A stretch of 61,241 nucleotides of DNA, filler included, from Chiloscyllium plagiosum (GCF_004010195.1; 5 parts of one record of this genome joined end to end with filler, not necessarily neighbours in it), one strand, 5' to 3'. Numbered from the whole stretch's first letter, positions 11,371 to 23,564 are shown. Notes: generated by a model from the letters alone, not told the origin. Numbers and translations are program-made.

Positions 11371-13560
11371 TAGAGAGTCATAGAGTCATAGAGATGTACA
11401 GCATGGAAACAGGCCCTTTAGTCCAACTCGTCCATTCCGACCAGATATCCCAACACAATCTAGTCCCATCTGCCAGCACCCGGCCCATATCCCTCCAAAA
11501 CCATCCTTTTAAATACTCATCCAACTGCCTTTTAAATGTTGCAATTGTATCAGCCTCCACCACTTCCTCTGGCAGCTCATTCCATATACATACCACCCTC
11601 TGCATGAAAAAGTTGCCTCTTAGGTCTCTTTAATATCTTTCCCCTCTCACCCTAAACCTATGTCCTCTAGTTCTTTCTTCCCCACCCAGGGAAAAGACTT
11701 TGTCTATTTATCCTATCCATGCCCCTCATGATTTTATAAACTTCTATAAGATCACCCCTCAGCCTCTGACGCTCCAGGGAAAACAGCCCTCACCTTTTCA
11801 ACCTCTCCCTACAGCTCAAACCCTCAACCCTGGTGACATCCTTGTAAATTTTTTCTGAACCCTTTCAAGTTTAACAACAGCTTTCCAATAGGAAGGAGAC
11901 TAGAATTGCTCGCAATATTCCAACAGTGGCCTAATCAATGTCCTGTACAGCCGCACATGACCTCCCAACTTCTATACTCAATACTCTGACCAAAAAAGGA
12001 AAGCATACCAAACTATCCTTCACTATCCTATCTACCTGCGACTCCACTTCCAAGTAGCTATGAACCTGCACTCCAAGGTCTCTTTGTTCAGCAACACTCC
12101 TGAGGACGTTACCATTAAGTATATACATTCTACTAAGATTTGCTTTCCCAAAATGCTGAACCTCACATTATCTGAATTAAACTCCATCTGCCACTTCTCA
12201 GTCCATTGGCCCATCTGATCAAGATCCCGTTGTAATCTGAGGTAACTTTCTTTGCTGTCCACTACACCTCCAATTTTGGTGTCATCTGCAAACTTACTAA
12301 CTATACCTCTTATCTCACATCCAAATCATTTATATAAATGATGAAAAGTAGTGGACCCAGCACCAATCCTTGTGGCACTCCACTGGTCACAGGCCTCCAG
12401 TCTAAAAAACAAGCCTCAACCACCACCCTGTCTTCTACCTTTGAGCCAGTTCTGTATTCAAATGGCTAGTTCTCCCTATATTCCATGAGATCTAAACTTG
12501 CTAACCAGTCTCCCATGGGAAACCTTGTCGAACGCCTATCTGAAGTCCATATAGGTCACATCTACTATATTCCCCTCATCAATCCCCTTTGTTACTTCTT
12601 CAAAAAACTCAATCAAGTTTGTGAGACATGATTTCCCATGCACAAAGCCATGTTGACTATTTCTAATCAGTCCTTGCATTTCCAAATACATATACATCCT
12701 GTCCCTCAGGATTGTCTCCAACAACTTGCCCACCACTGATGTCAGGCTCACTGGTCTATAGTTCCTGGCTTGTCCTTACCACCTTTCTTAATCAGTGGCA
12801 CCACGTTAGCCAACCTCCAGTCTTCTGGCACTTCACCTGAGACTATCGATGACACAAATATCTCAGCAAGAGGCCCAGCAATCACTTCCCTAGATTCCCA
12901 CAGATTTCTAGGGGATACCTGATCAGGTCCTGGGGATTTATCCACTTTTATGCATTTCAAGACATCCAGCACTTCCTCCTCTGTAATATGGACATTTTGC
13001 AAGGTGTCACCATCTATTTCCGTAGGTTCTATATTTTCCATGTCCTTTTCCACAGTAAATACAGATGCAAAATACTCATTTAGTATATTCCCCATCTCCT
13101 GTGGCTCCACACAAAGGCCACCTTGCTGATCTTTGAGGGACCCTATTCTCTCCCTAGTTACATTTTAGTCCTTAATGAGTTTGTAAAAACCCTTGAATTC
13201 TCTATTTGCCAAAGCTATCTCATGTCCTCTTTTTGCCCTCCTGATTTCCCTCTTAAGTATACTCCCACTGCCTTCATACTCTTCTAAGGATTCGCTCTAT
13301 CTATCTTGTCTATACCTGACATACGCTTCCTTCTTTTTCTTAATTAAACCCTCAATTTCTCTAGTCATCCAGCATTCCCTATATCTACCAGCCTTTCCTT
13401 TCACCCTAACAGGAAAATAGTTTCTCTGGATTTTCGTTATCTCATTCCTGAAGGCTTCACACTTTCCAGCTATCCCTTTACCTGCAAACATCTGCCCCCA
13501 GTCATCTTTTGAAAGTTCTTGTCTAATACTGTCAAAATTGGCCTTTCTCCAATTTAGAAT
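11371..13560 (-). mobile_element. CR1 (HER1-like) LINE, 3' 2.2 kb, frameshifted ORF2
   Basis: Tail (tagagtca)n. ORF pieces include LNWRKANF, VDKSPGPD, SLTSVVGKLLE, QHGFVHGKSCLTNLIEFFEEVT, YMDF and LQRDLDQ. Confidence 0.95.
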
Positions 13561-13561
13561 G

Positions 13562-13792
13562 TCTTCCGCCCCCACCAGCGCCACTCACCTGCTTTCTGCT
13601 GACATGCCCCCCACAGACTCCACTGTCATTATCCCCACCCCCAAGAACCCCGAGGGGAACACTACTCCTGCTCATGACTCCACCCCCATTCCCCCCACCA
13701 TCACACCCACTCCAGTTACTGGCTCCGACCCCACTCCCAGCTCCACACCCACACCAGATCCCAGCTCCCAGCCCGGCCGAGTTTTCACCATC
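13562..13792 (+). mobile_element. PLE family A Pro-rich leader to RVFTI, running into an assembly gap
   Basis: Near-identical to the reverse complement of 337-575 and to 60477-60535. Confidence 0.85.
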
Positions 13793-13892
13793 NNNNNNNN
13801 NNNNNNNNNNNNNNNNNNNNNNNNNNNNNNNNNNNNTTAATTAATTAANNNNNNNNNNNNNNNNNNNNNNNNNNNNNNNNNNNNNNNNNNNN
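13793..13892. other. Assembly gap: N44-TTAATTAATTAA-N44
   Basis: Seen directly; identical structure to the other three gaps. Confidence 0.99.
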
Positions 13893-14188
13893 AGGCTTGT
13901 TACTGTAGGTAAGTCCCCTGGGGTGGCTGTGGACGCCTCTGCTGCAGCTGCAGCTGGAGAGGATGGGGGAGGGGTTCCTGCTTGCTGAGAGCTGCGGGCT
14001 CCCTTCCCTTTGGTCATTTTTACTAAATATTAGACTGTTTAAATGTAATACTAAGCAACTAATTAAATTAAACAGCTATTATGAATGATTTGGTGAGTGT
14101 GATGGGGGTGGGTGACCCACTTTATCCAGGTCTTGGGAAGAGCACTATAGACTCAGACTTGCTGGGTCGCCGCCATCTTGGATCCCCC
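13893..14188 (-). mobile_element. L1-like LINE 5' end: 5' UTR and start of ORF1 (ATG at 14017)
   Basis: Minus strand begins GGGGGATCCAAGATGGCGG, the YY1 motif typical of L1 5' ends. The ORF reads MTKGKGARSSQQAGTPPPSSPAAAAEAST into the gap. Confidence 0.65.
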
Positions 14189-14189
14189 A

Positions 14190-14246
14190 TGTCGTGGATT
14201 TTTAACTTTGCCCACCTCAGTCCGACATTGGCTCCTCCACATCATG
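14190..14246 (+). mobile_element. PLE family B terminal fragment
   Basis: gatttttaactttgcccacctcagtccgacattggctcctccacatcat matches the family B 3' terminus. Confidence 0.7.
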
Positions 14247-15577
14247 GATAATATGGCTGTGACAGCAGCAATTACTGTATGCTCTGGCAATGGCGAATTC
14301 TTCCGCCAGTGGCAAACGTATGAGAGTGTGAGTGCATTGCCACTGAGGGGTGGTGAGCAGCGTAAAATTATGTGAGAAGGCGCATGGAGAGTAACCCTCC
14401 ATCAAACTCCTCGAAACTGACATCTTGATTTTTTGTAAAATCAGCCCAATGTCACTGAGGAGAAGCCCTGTGTCAGGAAAACAGTCCCTTATAACAATTT
14501 GGAACATTGTTCTCTATTGCCACCATTTTTTTTCGCTAACAAGCTACCAGTCAGAAATTATGAAATAGGGTGATTCATAAATGCTGGTAAAGAGAATCTG
14601 TATCTCTTTTTAACATTTTGGGTCAATACTTGGAATTTCCTTTTAATGACACCAACACATCTTTTTCTGTCCCTGCCTATTTTTCTTCTCCCAAAGGTTT
14701 TCACTTTTATTAGTATTCATTCTTCTTGATTGATGCACTGAATCCTCTCACTGTTGCCCACAGTTGCACCTTTAATTCTTCCACTTGCCATAATCCTTTC
14801 TGATGTCTCCTTGTTCTACGACCAGTTTTGCTGAAATTCAGGGAACAACTGCAGTATAAACAAATTAAGCAAATTATTGAGATGCAAGGCAGCCCATTGT
14901 TCAGGCGAAATTTCCAAGAATTCATCAATCCACAATTTTATACGTAGCCCTAATATTTTGTGTTGTTAAACTCTACTTTGAAATTTAGTCAGATTTTAAT
15001 ATAAAACCAAATAATTGATTGCTAATGATTAATTGCTGACTAATAAAGAATACAAATGGCATACTTTCTGCCTTACCTGATCTGTTTTGCATGTATCCAT
15101 TCAGGCCTTAACCTTACATATCAGTCTTCCTTAAATTGGATTGGTTATTTACATTTCAGTATATGTAAGACAGAATAAACATAAACATATTTGGACAGCC
15201 ATTTATTAGTAGCTTTCATTGTCTGCCTTTCTCTGTTTATTTCTCTTTATTTAGCTCATAGTAATGACAGATTATACATTTCACACACGCAATATTTCCA
15301 TGCAAAGACCCAGGTTTGCAGCAGGATGGAGAGTTCCTCTGTCATGGCAAAAATGATGAAAGTGATCTGGAATTTCAAGTTCTGCCCCCAAATGCAACAC
15401 TGCCAATTTCAGGAAGGCAGAAATGGTGTTGGTTTGAAATTTGCGCATGCACAATTCACAGAAAGCACTTAACTCATCAGCTGCCTCAACTCCTGTGTGA
15501 TTTGGTTAAGGCAGATAGCTGAATCCCAGAATATGTCAATTAGATCTGGTAGTAATAGATCTGAATCATGAAAATTT

Positions 15578-15748
15578 GTTGGCAATGGTGTAGGTTCAAT
15601 TCCCACACTGGCTGAGGATGTGATGAAGCCTTCTCCTTTTCAATCTCCCCCCTCACCTGAGGTAAGGTGACTCTAAGGTAAAGCCATGACCAGTTGTATC
15701 AATGAGGGAGCAGCCCTAGAGTTTGGGTAAGGCTGTGGTGACTTTATC
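15578..15748 (+). mobile_element. tRNA-derived SINE fragment (same family as 49762-49970)
   Basis: B-box-like ggttcaattccc followed by ctccttttcaatctccccctcacctgagg...gcagccct, homologous to the 49.8 kb copy. Confidence 0.6.
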
Positions 15749-16750
15749 ATTACAGTATTCTTTTGGAAAGATTAGGTATCCTTTGGTGGAGGTCAGGCAT
15801 CCTTTCAGGAGAGATCAGGTGCCACAGGAACTGTTAAAATTAGTCATTGTGCATTTTTAAAAAATGCATAAACTTATTGGGACTTCCAAATTGTCAGTGA
15901 GCTGTTAAGACAGTTGAAGCATTTACATGTCAGTCTTTCAGTCTTTAAAACTAAGTCTGAAAATGCTTACAAAAAAAAACAATGAATGTTTTCCATTTCA
16001 CCATGTTGACATAAGCTGAAGAGTTTCTTTGCTGGATTAATGCTGCATGACTAACTTCATAGAAATTCTTATCATAATGGGGTGTCTTCCATTTCATACT
16101 TAGGTTGACAACCAGAAATGGTCTTTTAATTTTGTATGTGTGACTACGAATTCAAATACTTGCTGAACTTGAGTGGAAACTTTTTTGATATCAGGCTTTA
16201 CCTTGTATATTTTTATGATGAAGGAATGTAGTATACATGTAGTATGTGTGGTTTGAATGAATATATTTCTTAGCACAATGAAGTGTGCAGTGCACATTAT
16301 TAAGTAAACTTTATCTTTTCATCTGCATATGTATCCTGAGGTTTGTTGAAACTTTGGCATACTAGGTGAAAGAACTAACATTGTGGAATGGGGTGACGTG
16401 TTGGCATGGTGCAATGAAGGTCTGGAGTTGGATGCAGGGACATGGGTTGACCTGGAGTTTGTTGATTTTGTTGATGTTTTAAATGTTAATCTTTATTTTT
16501 AAGATTTAGACATGGTGACAGAGAGCTGAGACATGCTTTCTGTCCGTGTTGTCTTAACACTTGGCATCCATCTTCAGGTCTTCCTGGGTCACTCACCATG
16601 ACTGTCAATGCAAGCCACCCTCCACCAGAAACGGAAAGTAAAGGCTATCATTTTTCTAAAGGGCAGGAGCTGGGAAATCCCTCAACATCCCTGATTCCAG
16701 AAACAATAAATAATTAAAATCAGGCAGAAATACACCCATGATACATTTCT

Positions 16751-16951
16751 AAGAGAATGTGTGGACTGCAGATGCTGGAGATCAGAGCTGAAAATGTGTT
16801 GCTGGAAAAGCGCAGCAGGCCAGGCAGCATCCAAGGAGCAGGAGAATTGATGTTTCGGGCATGAGCCATTCCTGAAGAAGGGCTCATGCCCGAAACGTTG
16901 ATTCTCCTGCTCCTTGGATGCTGCCTGACCTGCTGCGCTTTTCCAGCAACA
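16751..16951. mobile_element. Fold-back mini-PLE (family A-related) with hammerhead core
   Basis: Arms are reverse complements. Perfect 14-bp TSD catgatacatttct at 16737-16750 and 16952-16965. Confidence 0.9.
16872..16899 (+). ncRNA. Minimal type-I hammerhead ribozyme core
   Basis: CUGAAGA-A-GGGC(UCAU)GCCC-GAA-ACGU-U: conserved core intact, palindromic stem III, weak stem I. Confidence 0.65.
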
Positions 16952-17319
16952 CATGATACATTTCTGACTGGTTTACACAAACACCATCTGTTGGGAATTT
17001 TTATTTGTTTTACATTTCTTCATGAGATATGGGTGTCAGTGAAAGTGTCAGCATTGAATCCCTATCATTGACTCAACAAGATGGTGGTGGGCCATCTTCT
17101 TGAACTGCTGAAGTTCATGTTAATGCTAGACTGGTCCAAAAAGCTATCACTGAGTAACAGTGCAGCCAGGGTGAGATGAACCGACACAAATCCAACACAA
17201 ATTTGTAGTATTTATGAAAATTGGCAAACTAATAGTAAAATTGATTCAAATTCCCATTGTTCAATTTACTATTTCAAATTAATTTCACTAATTCAAATGT
17301 ATATTAAAAAAATCTAATG

Positions 17320-17560
17320 TGGCCCTCTTGGAGTACAGTGGGAATGTCCCTACACCTGGACCAGGAAGCGCAGGTTCAAGTTCCACTTGCTCCAGGAGTG
17401 TGTAACAACGTATTTAGAAAGGTTGATGAGGAAAGAAAAGTTAATAAGATTTGTAACAAAACCAAATTCCTAATGGGGCTCTGGTGGTGTGGTGGTAGTA
17501 TTCAAGTCCCAACTGCTCCAGAGGCAGGTGTAAACATCTCCAAACAGGATGAGAAATTTA
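17320..17560 (+). mobile_element. Two short tRNA-derived SINE copies (17320-17435 and 17474-17560)
   Basis: A-box-like cagtgggaatgtccctac, B-box ggttcaagttcc, and shared tail tgctccag...gtgtaa...aggttgat. Other copies lie at about 22470-22590 (minus) and about 37410-37530. Confidence 0.6.
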
Positions 17561-18267
17561 AAAAAAAACTTAATTTTTGGGAACAATACACCGATATTTC
17601 ATGAACACAGGGATAATACAAGAAATAGCTTCAAAAAAACTGCAACACTTAATGAACACAATCTTGCTACAAAAAGCAAAGTGACAGATTCTCAAATGCA
17701 CAATTATGGCTGTGCCTGTCACACTGAAATAGAAATCCCAAATTCAGAGCAAGGTGCCAAATTCCTTTTGAGTACATTGTGATGGTAGACAGATTGGAAT
17801 TCACAGAATGAATTGTGAATGACCACCTTACGGCCAATCGAAAAATAAAATTCCTGGACACTAGATTTCATTGTTTGTTTCCTCTTTCATTCAATTCATC
17901 AGAATTTGGTCATACTTTGTGAATAAAACTTTGTGAATGAAAGACATAAGTTACATCCAGTACAAATCCAGTTTTCTAAGGATCTAGCTTTTAAAAAAAA
18001 AGGAATGCAAACCCATCCAAGAAGCTGGCCATATTTTTGAGTGAACTAACCATCCAATTTCAGGCTTTTAAGAGAGTTATACAATGACACCAATATAATT
18101 CAGCACAGGAACAGGCCCTTCAGCCCACTAATCCTCCACCAGTTTCCAAATTAATCTTTTTTATGCACAATAATAAGTCGTAGTTAAAAACTTTTGGAAG
18201 AATTTTAAAAAAACTATTAGAAACTTAAAAATTGCCTCTTGCTAGTACAGATCTTGAATTTTGCTTA

Positions 18268-18545
18268 AAAGAAAAACGTGTGGCTGAAGTTTTCATCTTG
18301 CATTCATCAGGCAAAATACCAAATTTCAAGCAATCATAACAATCTACATATGAGGAGAAAATGGTTTGATAAGTTATTATGATTGTGACTGGTAAGAATG
18401 CCAAATTTCAGATCACCACAACAAGTTATACTATAAGAGAAAAGGGTTTGATACATTATTGTGATTATTTGTTTGAAATTTAGCATTTTTGTAATTGTCC
18501 TGATGCATATAAGATGAAAAGCTTTAGCATCATGTCTTTCCTTCC
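18268..18545. mobile_element. Old fold-back element with decayed hammerhead cores on both arms (PLE-like family D)
   Basis: Minus 18283-18312 reads cctgatgaatgcaagatgaaaacttc and plus 18497-18525 reads gtcctgatgcatataagatgaaaagcttt. The arms are mutually reverse complementary (aaataccaaatttcaagcaat / atttgtttgaaatttagcattt). Confidence 0.55.
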
Positions 18546-18909
18546 CGCAGTATTCACACAGACTGCTACACACCAACAGAGGGAAAAAATGGCTTGGTAT
18601 AGTTTTTAAAGCCATTTTCAGTTATTTAAAATTACATGATTCCAGTACATGTCTACAAAAAGTCTGATTTATTTGTTTTACAACTGATTTATAAATGATA
18701 ACATTGTGAAAAACCCATTTTCAGCTGTATTAATCAAAATGTCAAACATAAAAGAAAGCAGTCACTCTTACACATCAAATAATATTTTGAAACAAATTTT
18801 AAAAAACATTCAAACTTTGCCTAATTATACTGATTTATTAACTTTTATTCCATTTGCTGATTGGTAGTTGAGTTTGAGAGGATATTTGATGTGGAAGAAA
18901 ATAAGAGCA

Positions 18910-19650
18910 CATAGAGCCATAGAGATGTACAGCATGAAACAGACCCTTTGGTCCAACTCATCCATGCTGACCAGATATCCTAACCTAATCTAGTCCCATT
19001 TGCTAGCATTTGGCCCATAATCCCTCTAAACCCTTCCTATTCATATACCAATCCAGATGTCTTTTAAATGCTGTAATTGTACCAGTCTCCACCACTTACT
19101 CTGGCAGCTCATTCCGTACGTGCCCCACCCTCTGCATGAAAAAGTTGCCCCTTAGGTCCCTTTTAAATCTTTCCCTTCTCACCCTAAACTTATGCCATCT
19201 AGTTCTGGACTCCCCGACCCCAGGGAAAAGACCTTGTCTATTTACCCTATCCATGCCTCTCATGATATTATAAACCTCTATAAAGTCACCCCTCAGCCTC
19301 TGACGCTCCAGGGAAAACAGCTTCAGCCCATTCAGCCTCTTCCTATAGCTCAAATCCTCCAACCCTGGCAACATCCTTATAAATCATTTCTAAGCCCTTT
19401 CAAGTTTCACAACACCCTTCCGATAGGAGGGAGAACAGAATTGCACACAATATTCCAGAAGTGGCCTAACCAACGTCCTGATAGCTACAACATGACCTCC
19501 CAACTCCTATACTCAATGATCTGATCGATAAAGGAAAGCATACTAAATGCTTTCTTCAATTTCCTATCCACCTGTGACTCCATTTTCAAGAAACTATCTA
19601 CCTGCAATCTAAGGTATATTTGTTCAGCAACACTCCCCAGGACTTTCTAT
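18910..19650 (-). mobile_element. CR1 LINE 3' fragment
   Basis: MLPGLEDLSY...LERQRLRGDFIEVYNIMRG; catagag tail. Confidence 0.93.
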
Positions 19651-19909
19651 CCGAAAGCTTGAAAATTCTACTTCCAATGTCTTATGTGTATTGCAAATTG
19701 TTGTGGTTATTTGAAATTCTTGTCAATCACAATCAGACATTTCATCAAATCCTTTTCTCCAGTTCTGTAAATTGCTGTGATTGTTTGAATTTGCATTTCT
19801 GCTGATCAGTGCAAGACGACAGTTCAGCAACATATCTCTCTTATCAGCATCATTCAAGATCTGTACTAGCAAGAGACAACGATTAGATTGTCATCAGTTT
19901 TTCAGATTA

Positions 19910-20345
19910 AAAACTATTATTCACTCATCACCCCTAACCTTGCTGACCTACATTAGCTCCTTGTTAAGTAGCACAAAGTTGTTTTCAAAATTGCCACACT
20001 GTTTTCAAATTCCTTCATGGATATGCCTCTCCTTATCTTAGTTTCCTTCAGTTGCTCAATCCTCTGCAACACCTGTAATCTTCCATTTCTGGTCTCTTCA
20101 GAATCCTTAATTTTAATCCCTACATGGTGTTTGAATCTTCAGTTGCTTAAACCCAGAGCTGTGAGTTCCCTATCAATGCTGTGCTAACTTGTAACTTCCT
20201 TTGCCTCCTCGAAGATCCGCCTAAGAACATTACTCTTTGACCAAGCTTTCAATTAACTGCCCTAATATCTCGCATTTCAACTTCTTTTTTTAGATGCTCC
20301 TGTGAAATGCCTTGGGTTATAAAGGGCCTGTATTAATGTAAATTA
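19910..20345 (+). mobile_element. Old L2-type LINE 3' end
   Basis: catcacccctaaccttgctgacctacattagctcc (ITP.LADLH.L), ctctttgaccaagcttt, and tail gctcctgtgaaatgccttggg...taaagggcctgtattaatgtaa. Confidence 0.65.
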
Positions 20346-20539
20346 CCTTTGCAAAATAATGCATATTCTTTTTTTAAATGAGAGTTTGTGAAATCTGCAG
20401 CATTGCAGGTACTTAATTATACCAGCATGACTCATGTTGGAAAAACATTTTTGTTATCTTGCACTCTAATGTGATCAGCTGTCTAAAATTTACGATAGTT
20501 ACAAATGACTATCTATGGAATGTTCAGTGTTGAAGAAAA

Positions 20540-20611
20540 TCTTCTGTTAAGTCATTCAGAGACTTCTGAATGACTTAACAGGCAGAATAACAGAAAGTCT
20601 TCTGTTAAGTC
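20540..20611. repeat. 14-bp direct repeat enclosing fold-back hairpins
   Basis: tcttctgttaagtc at 20540-20553 and 20598-20611; perfect 17-bp stem 20544-20560/20565-20581; 8-bp stem 20588-20595/20600-20607. Confidence 0.9.
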
Positions 20612-20669
20612 CCTAAATTCTTTATGAATATTTTCCTTTTAACTAAGGTCATTGTAGTGCCAAAGTGCA

Positions 20670-20775
20670 TTCTGGAAGTCTGAAAAGAAAATGCATACAA
20701 GGCTCAGCAGGTCAGGCAGCATTGGCAAAGCGAGGAATAGGGTTTAAATGTCAGGGTAATGCCTTTTTGTCAGGC
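20670..20775 (-). mobile_element. PLE family C pLTR fragment
   Basis: ctggaagtctgaaaagaaaatgc...ctcagcaggtcaggcagcat resembles 46570-46700. Confidence 0.55.
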
Positions 20776-21087
20776 ATGGAGTTTAGATCTATTCAAATGC
20801 ACAACCTATTTCACAGTTAATTGTGCCTTGTATGAATCTAAGAAAAAAATGTTACTGATCATAACTTGAACTAGGATAATCAAAATTTACAGTACAGAGA
20901 CATTCCAGCCTATTGCCTTCACACCATCTGATAAGCCATTCAACCTAATCCAATTTTCTGGTCCTTGGCCCATTTTAAATGTTATGAGAGTTTATGCTTC
21001 TATCATCCATTCAAATAGTCACTTTCAGACTTCCACCATCCTCTGGTTGAAATTAAATATCTTCGAAATTTCTCTCAGCTTCCTAAT

Positions 21088-21995
21088 TAGAGTCATAGAG
21101 ATGTACAGCACGGAAACAGACCCTTCGGTCCAACTCGTCAATGCCAACCAGATATCCCAACCCAATCTAGTCCCACCTGCCAGCACCTGGCCCATATCCC
21201 TCCAGATCTTTCCTATTCATATACCCATCCAGATGCCTTTTAAATGTTGCAATTGCACTAGCCTCCACCACTTCATCTGACAGCTCATTCCATACACATG
21301 CGTGAAAAAGTTGCTTAGGTCTCTTTTATATCTTTCCCCTCTTATCCTAAACCTATGCCATCCAGTACTGGACACCCCACCCCAGGGAAAAGACTTTGTC
21401 TATTTATCCTATTCATGCCCCTCACGATTTTATAAACCTCTGTAAGGTCACCCCTCAGCCTCTGACGCTCCAAGGAAAACAGCCTCAGTCTATTTACCTT
21501 CTTCCAATAGCTCAAATCCTTCAACCCTGGCAACATCCTTGTAAATCTTTTCTGAACCCTTTCAAGTTTCACAACACCTTTCCAATAGGAAGGAGACCAG
21601 AACTGCATGCAATATTCCAACAGTGGCCTAACCAATGTACTGTGCAGCCGAAACATAACCTCCCAACTCCTGTACTCCATACTCTGACCAATAAAGGAAA
21701 GCATTCTAAACGCCTTCTTCACTATCCTATCTACCTGTGACTCTACTTTCAAGGAGCTATGAACCTACACTCCAAGGTCTCTTTGTTCAGCAACACTCCC
21801 GAACACCTTACCATTAAGTCCTACTAAGATTTGCTTTCCCAAAATGCAGTACCTCACATTTATCTAAATTAAACTCCATCTGCCACTCCTCAGCCCATTG
21901 GCCCATCTGATCAAGAATTCGTTGTAATCTGAGGTAACCTTCTTCGCTGTCCACTATACCTCCAATTTTCATCTGCAAACATACTAACTATATCT
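21088..21995 (-). mobile_element. CR1 LINE 3' fragment
   Basis: ORF 21342-21752 (LVRPLLEYCMQFWSP...LERVQKRFTRMLPGL); tagagtcatagag tail. Confidence 0.94.
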
Positions 21996-23564
21996 TGTTA
22001 CCATAAATTTGGTTGCATCAGCCCTCAACCTAAGATAAATAAAACCTTGTTATCCGCTCTATTTGGAAACCCTCATCATTTTACACCCTTCAATCTAACC
22101 TGCCCTTAGCCTCCTTTCCTCCACCTTTGTCTAATTAATGGTAATTTGGATCAACATGGCTATTTGAATTCTCAAAATTCTCATTGTTCATTTTGGAGTA
22201 ATATTGTAATTTGCCAACTTTGCCCAAAGAGATTAACAGAGGACCTCTAAATGAAAGCTGTCTTACTAAAACATCTACAGAGAGCTAGTTATGCCATTGT
22301 TGGTTTCAAGAACGCATTGAAGAACCACTAAAGGTACAGCTATAATGTTATGTTAGTATACTTACAGCATCTTTGGGCTAACCAATATCCCCTGGGGTAG
22401 TATGCTAGGTGGGGAATGACCATAAATTTGGACATCATGCCAATGATGTTGTTCTCATTGCCTATCCCTGTTGCAATTTCTAATCAACCTATTCAGAGAT
22501 GCTATTACATACTTTTGAAGCAGGTGGGACTTAAAGCTAGGCTTCTTGGCTCAGAGATAAGGACACTACCAATAAACTACAAGAGCCCCCTACCTCTACC
22601 AATGTATGCAAGGAATCAAGTGGTCCACCAGTTCATGAGCTAATTGAAGCCCCTAATTGGCCAACTCATGATCTGAAGATGGATGAGTCCCATGATAGTT
22701 TAAGCTGATGGCTGGTCTTTTGTGTCATTTACACTTACACTGGATGAATTGAAAATCAGATCAATTAGCAGAAAATCCAAGCCATTTTGTTTTGGGCATA
22801 ATCAGCCTTTTCCTATCCCTTGCATGGTATTGTAGCATAAACATAGAAACACAGGTGAAATGTGGCATATAAAATGACCTTGTTGTTTGAAACTGCAGTG
22901 GAATCTGGTTTAATTTTGTGACACTGAATGGTTACAACTTAGAAGAACGCCATTGACTTCATCCTGCTGAGCCAGCACTTCTAAGGAGCAATTCATGTAC
23001 TACCAAATCCCCTAACCTCCTACCGCACCTCTGCACATTCCTCTTATTGAGATATTTTGGAATAATTTGAAATAGTTGAAAAAATTATTGTAGTATGATG
23101 AGATTCATGAGAATTGGAGTGATGTAACTGACTTTGAGATCAGTAAGAGAGATTTGGAGAGCCTTCATTAGAGATAAGGAACAAGAAGCCTTGGGCAGTG
23201 CATTTGCAGTTCAGAGATAATGACAGGTACTCAATGTGCAAGTAGCAACATTGGCTTAAATCACAAGGTGAAGCATTACAGTCTATGGCATGTTGTTCTT
23301 CATGTATGTTGTTGCAGATATTCTAAATGATTCACACATAATTTATTTTTTTCACAGTAGATCAACTCTTTTAGCAATAAAACATACATTTCCTATGTTA
23401 ACCTCAAGTGAAAGTAAATTCTATGCCATTTTCATTATATTTCAAAATAACATACTGATTTTGTTTTTCTCCTGGGATCATCATTGCATTTAATAATCAT
23501 GCAAAGTTTCTGGGATCAGCTAGATCTGCTCTGTGCTTTAAAAAATGATAAATTTAAAGAAAGT

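Noticed and set aside
13837..13848. TTAATTAATTAA as a biological motif (piggyBac site or homeobox cluster)
   Set aside because: It is centred identically in four 100-nt N gaps, so it is an assembly linker.
14710..14945. Short open frames on both strands in unique DNA
   Set aside because: No motifs or convincing splice-site pair.
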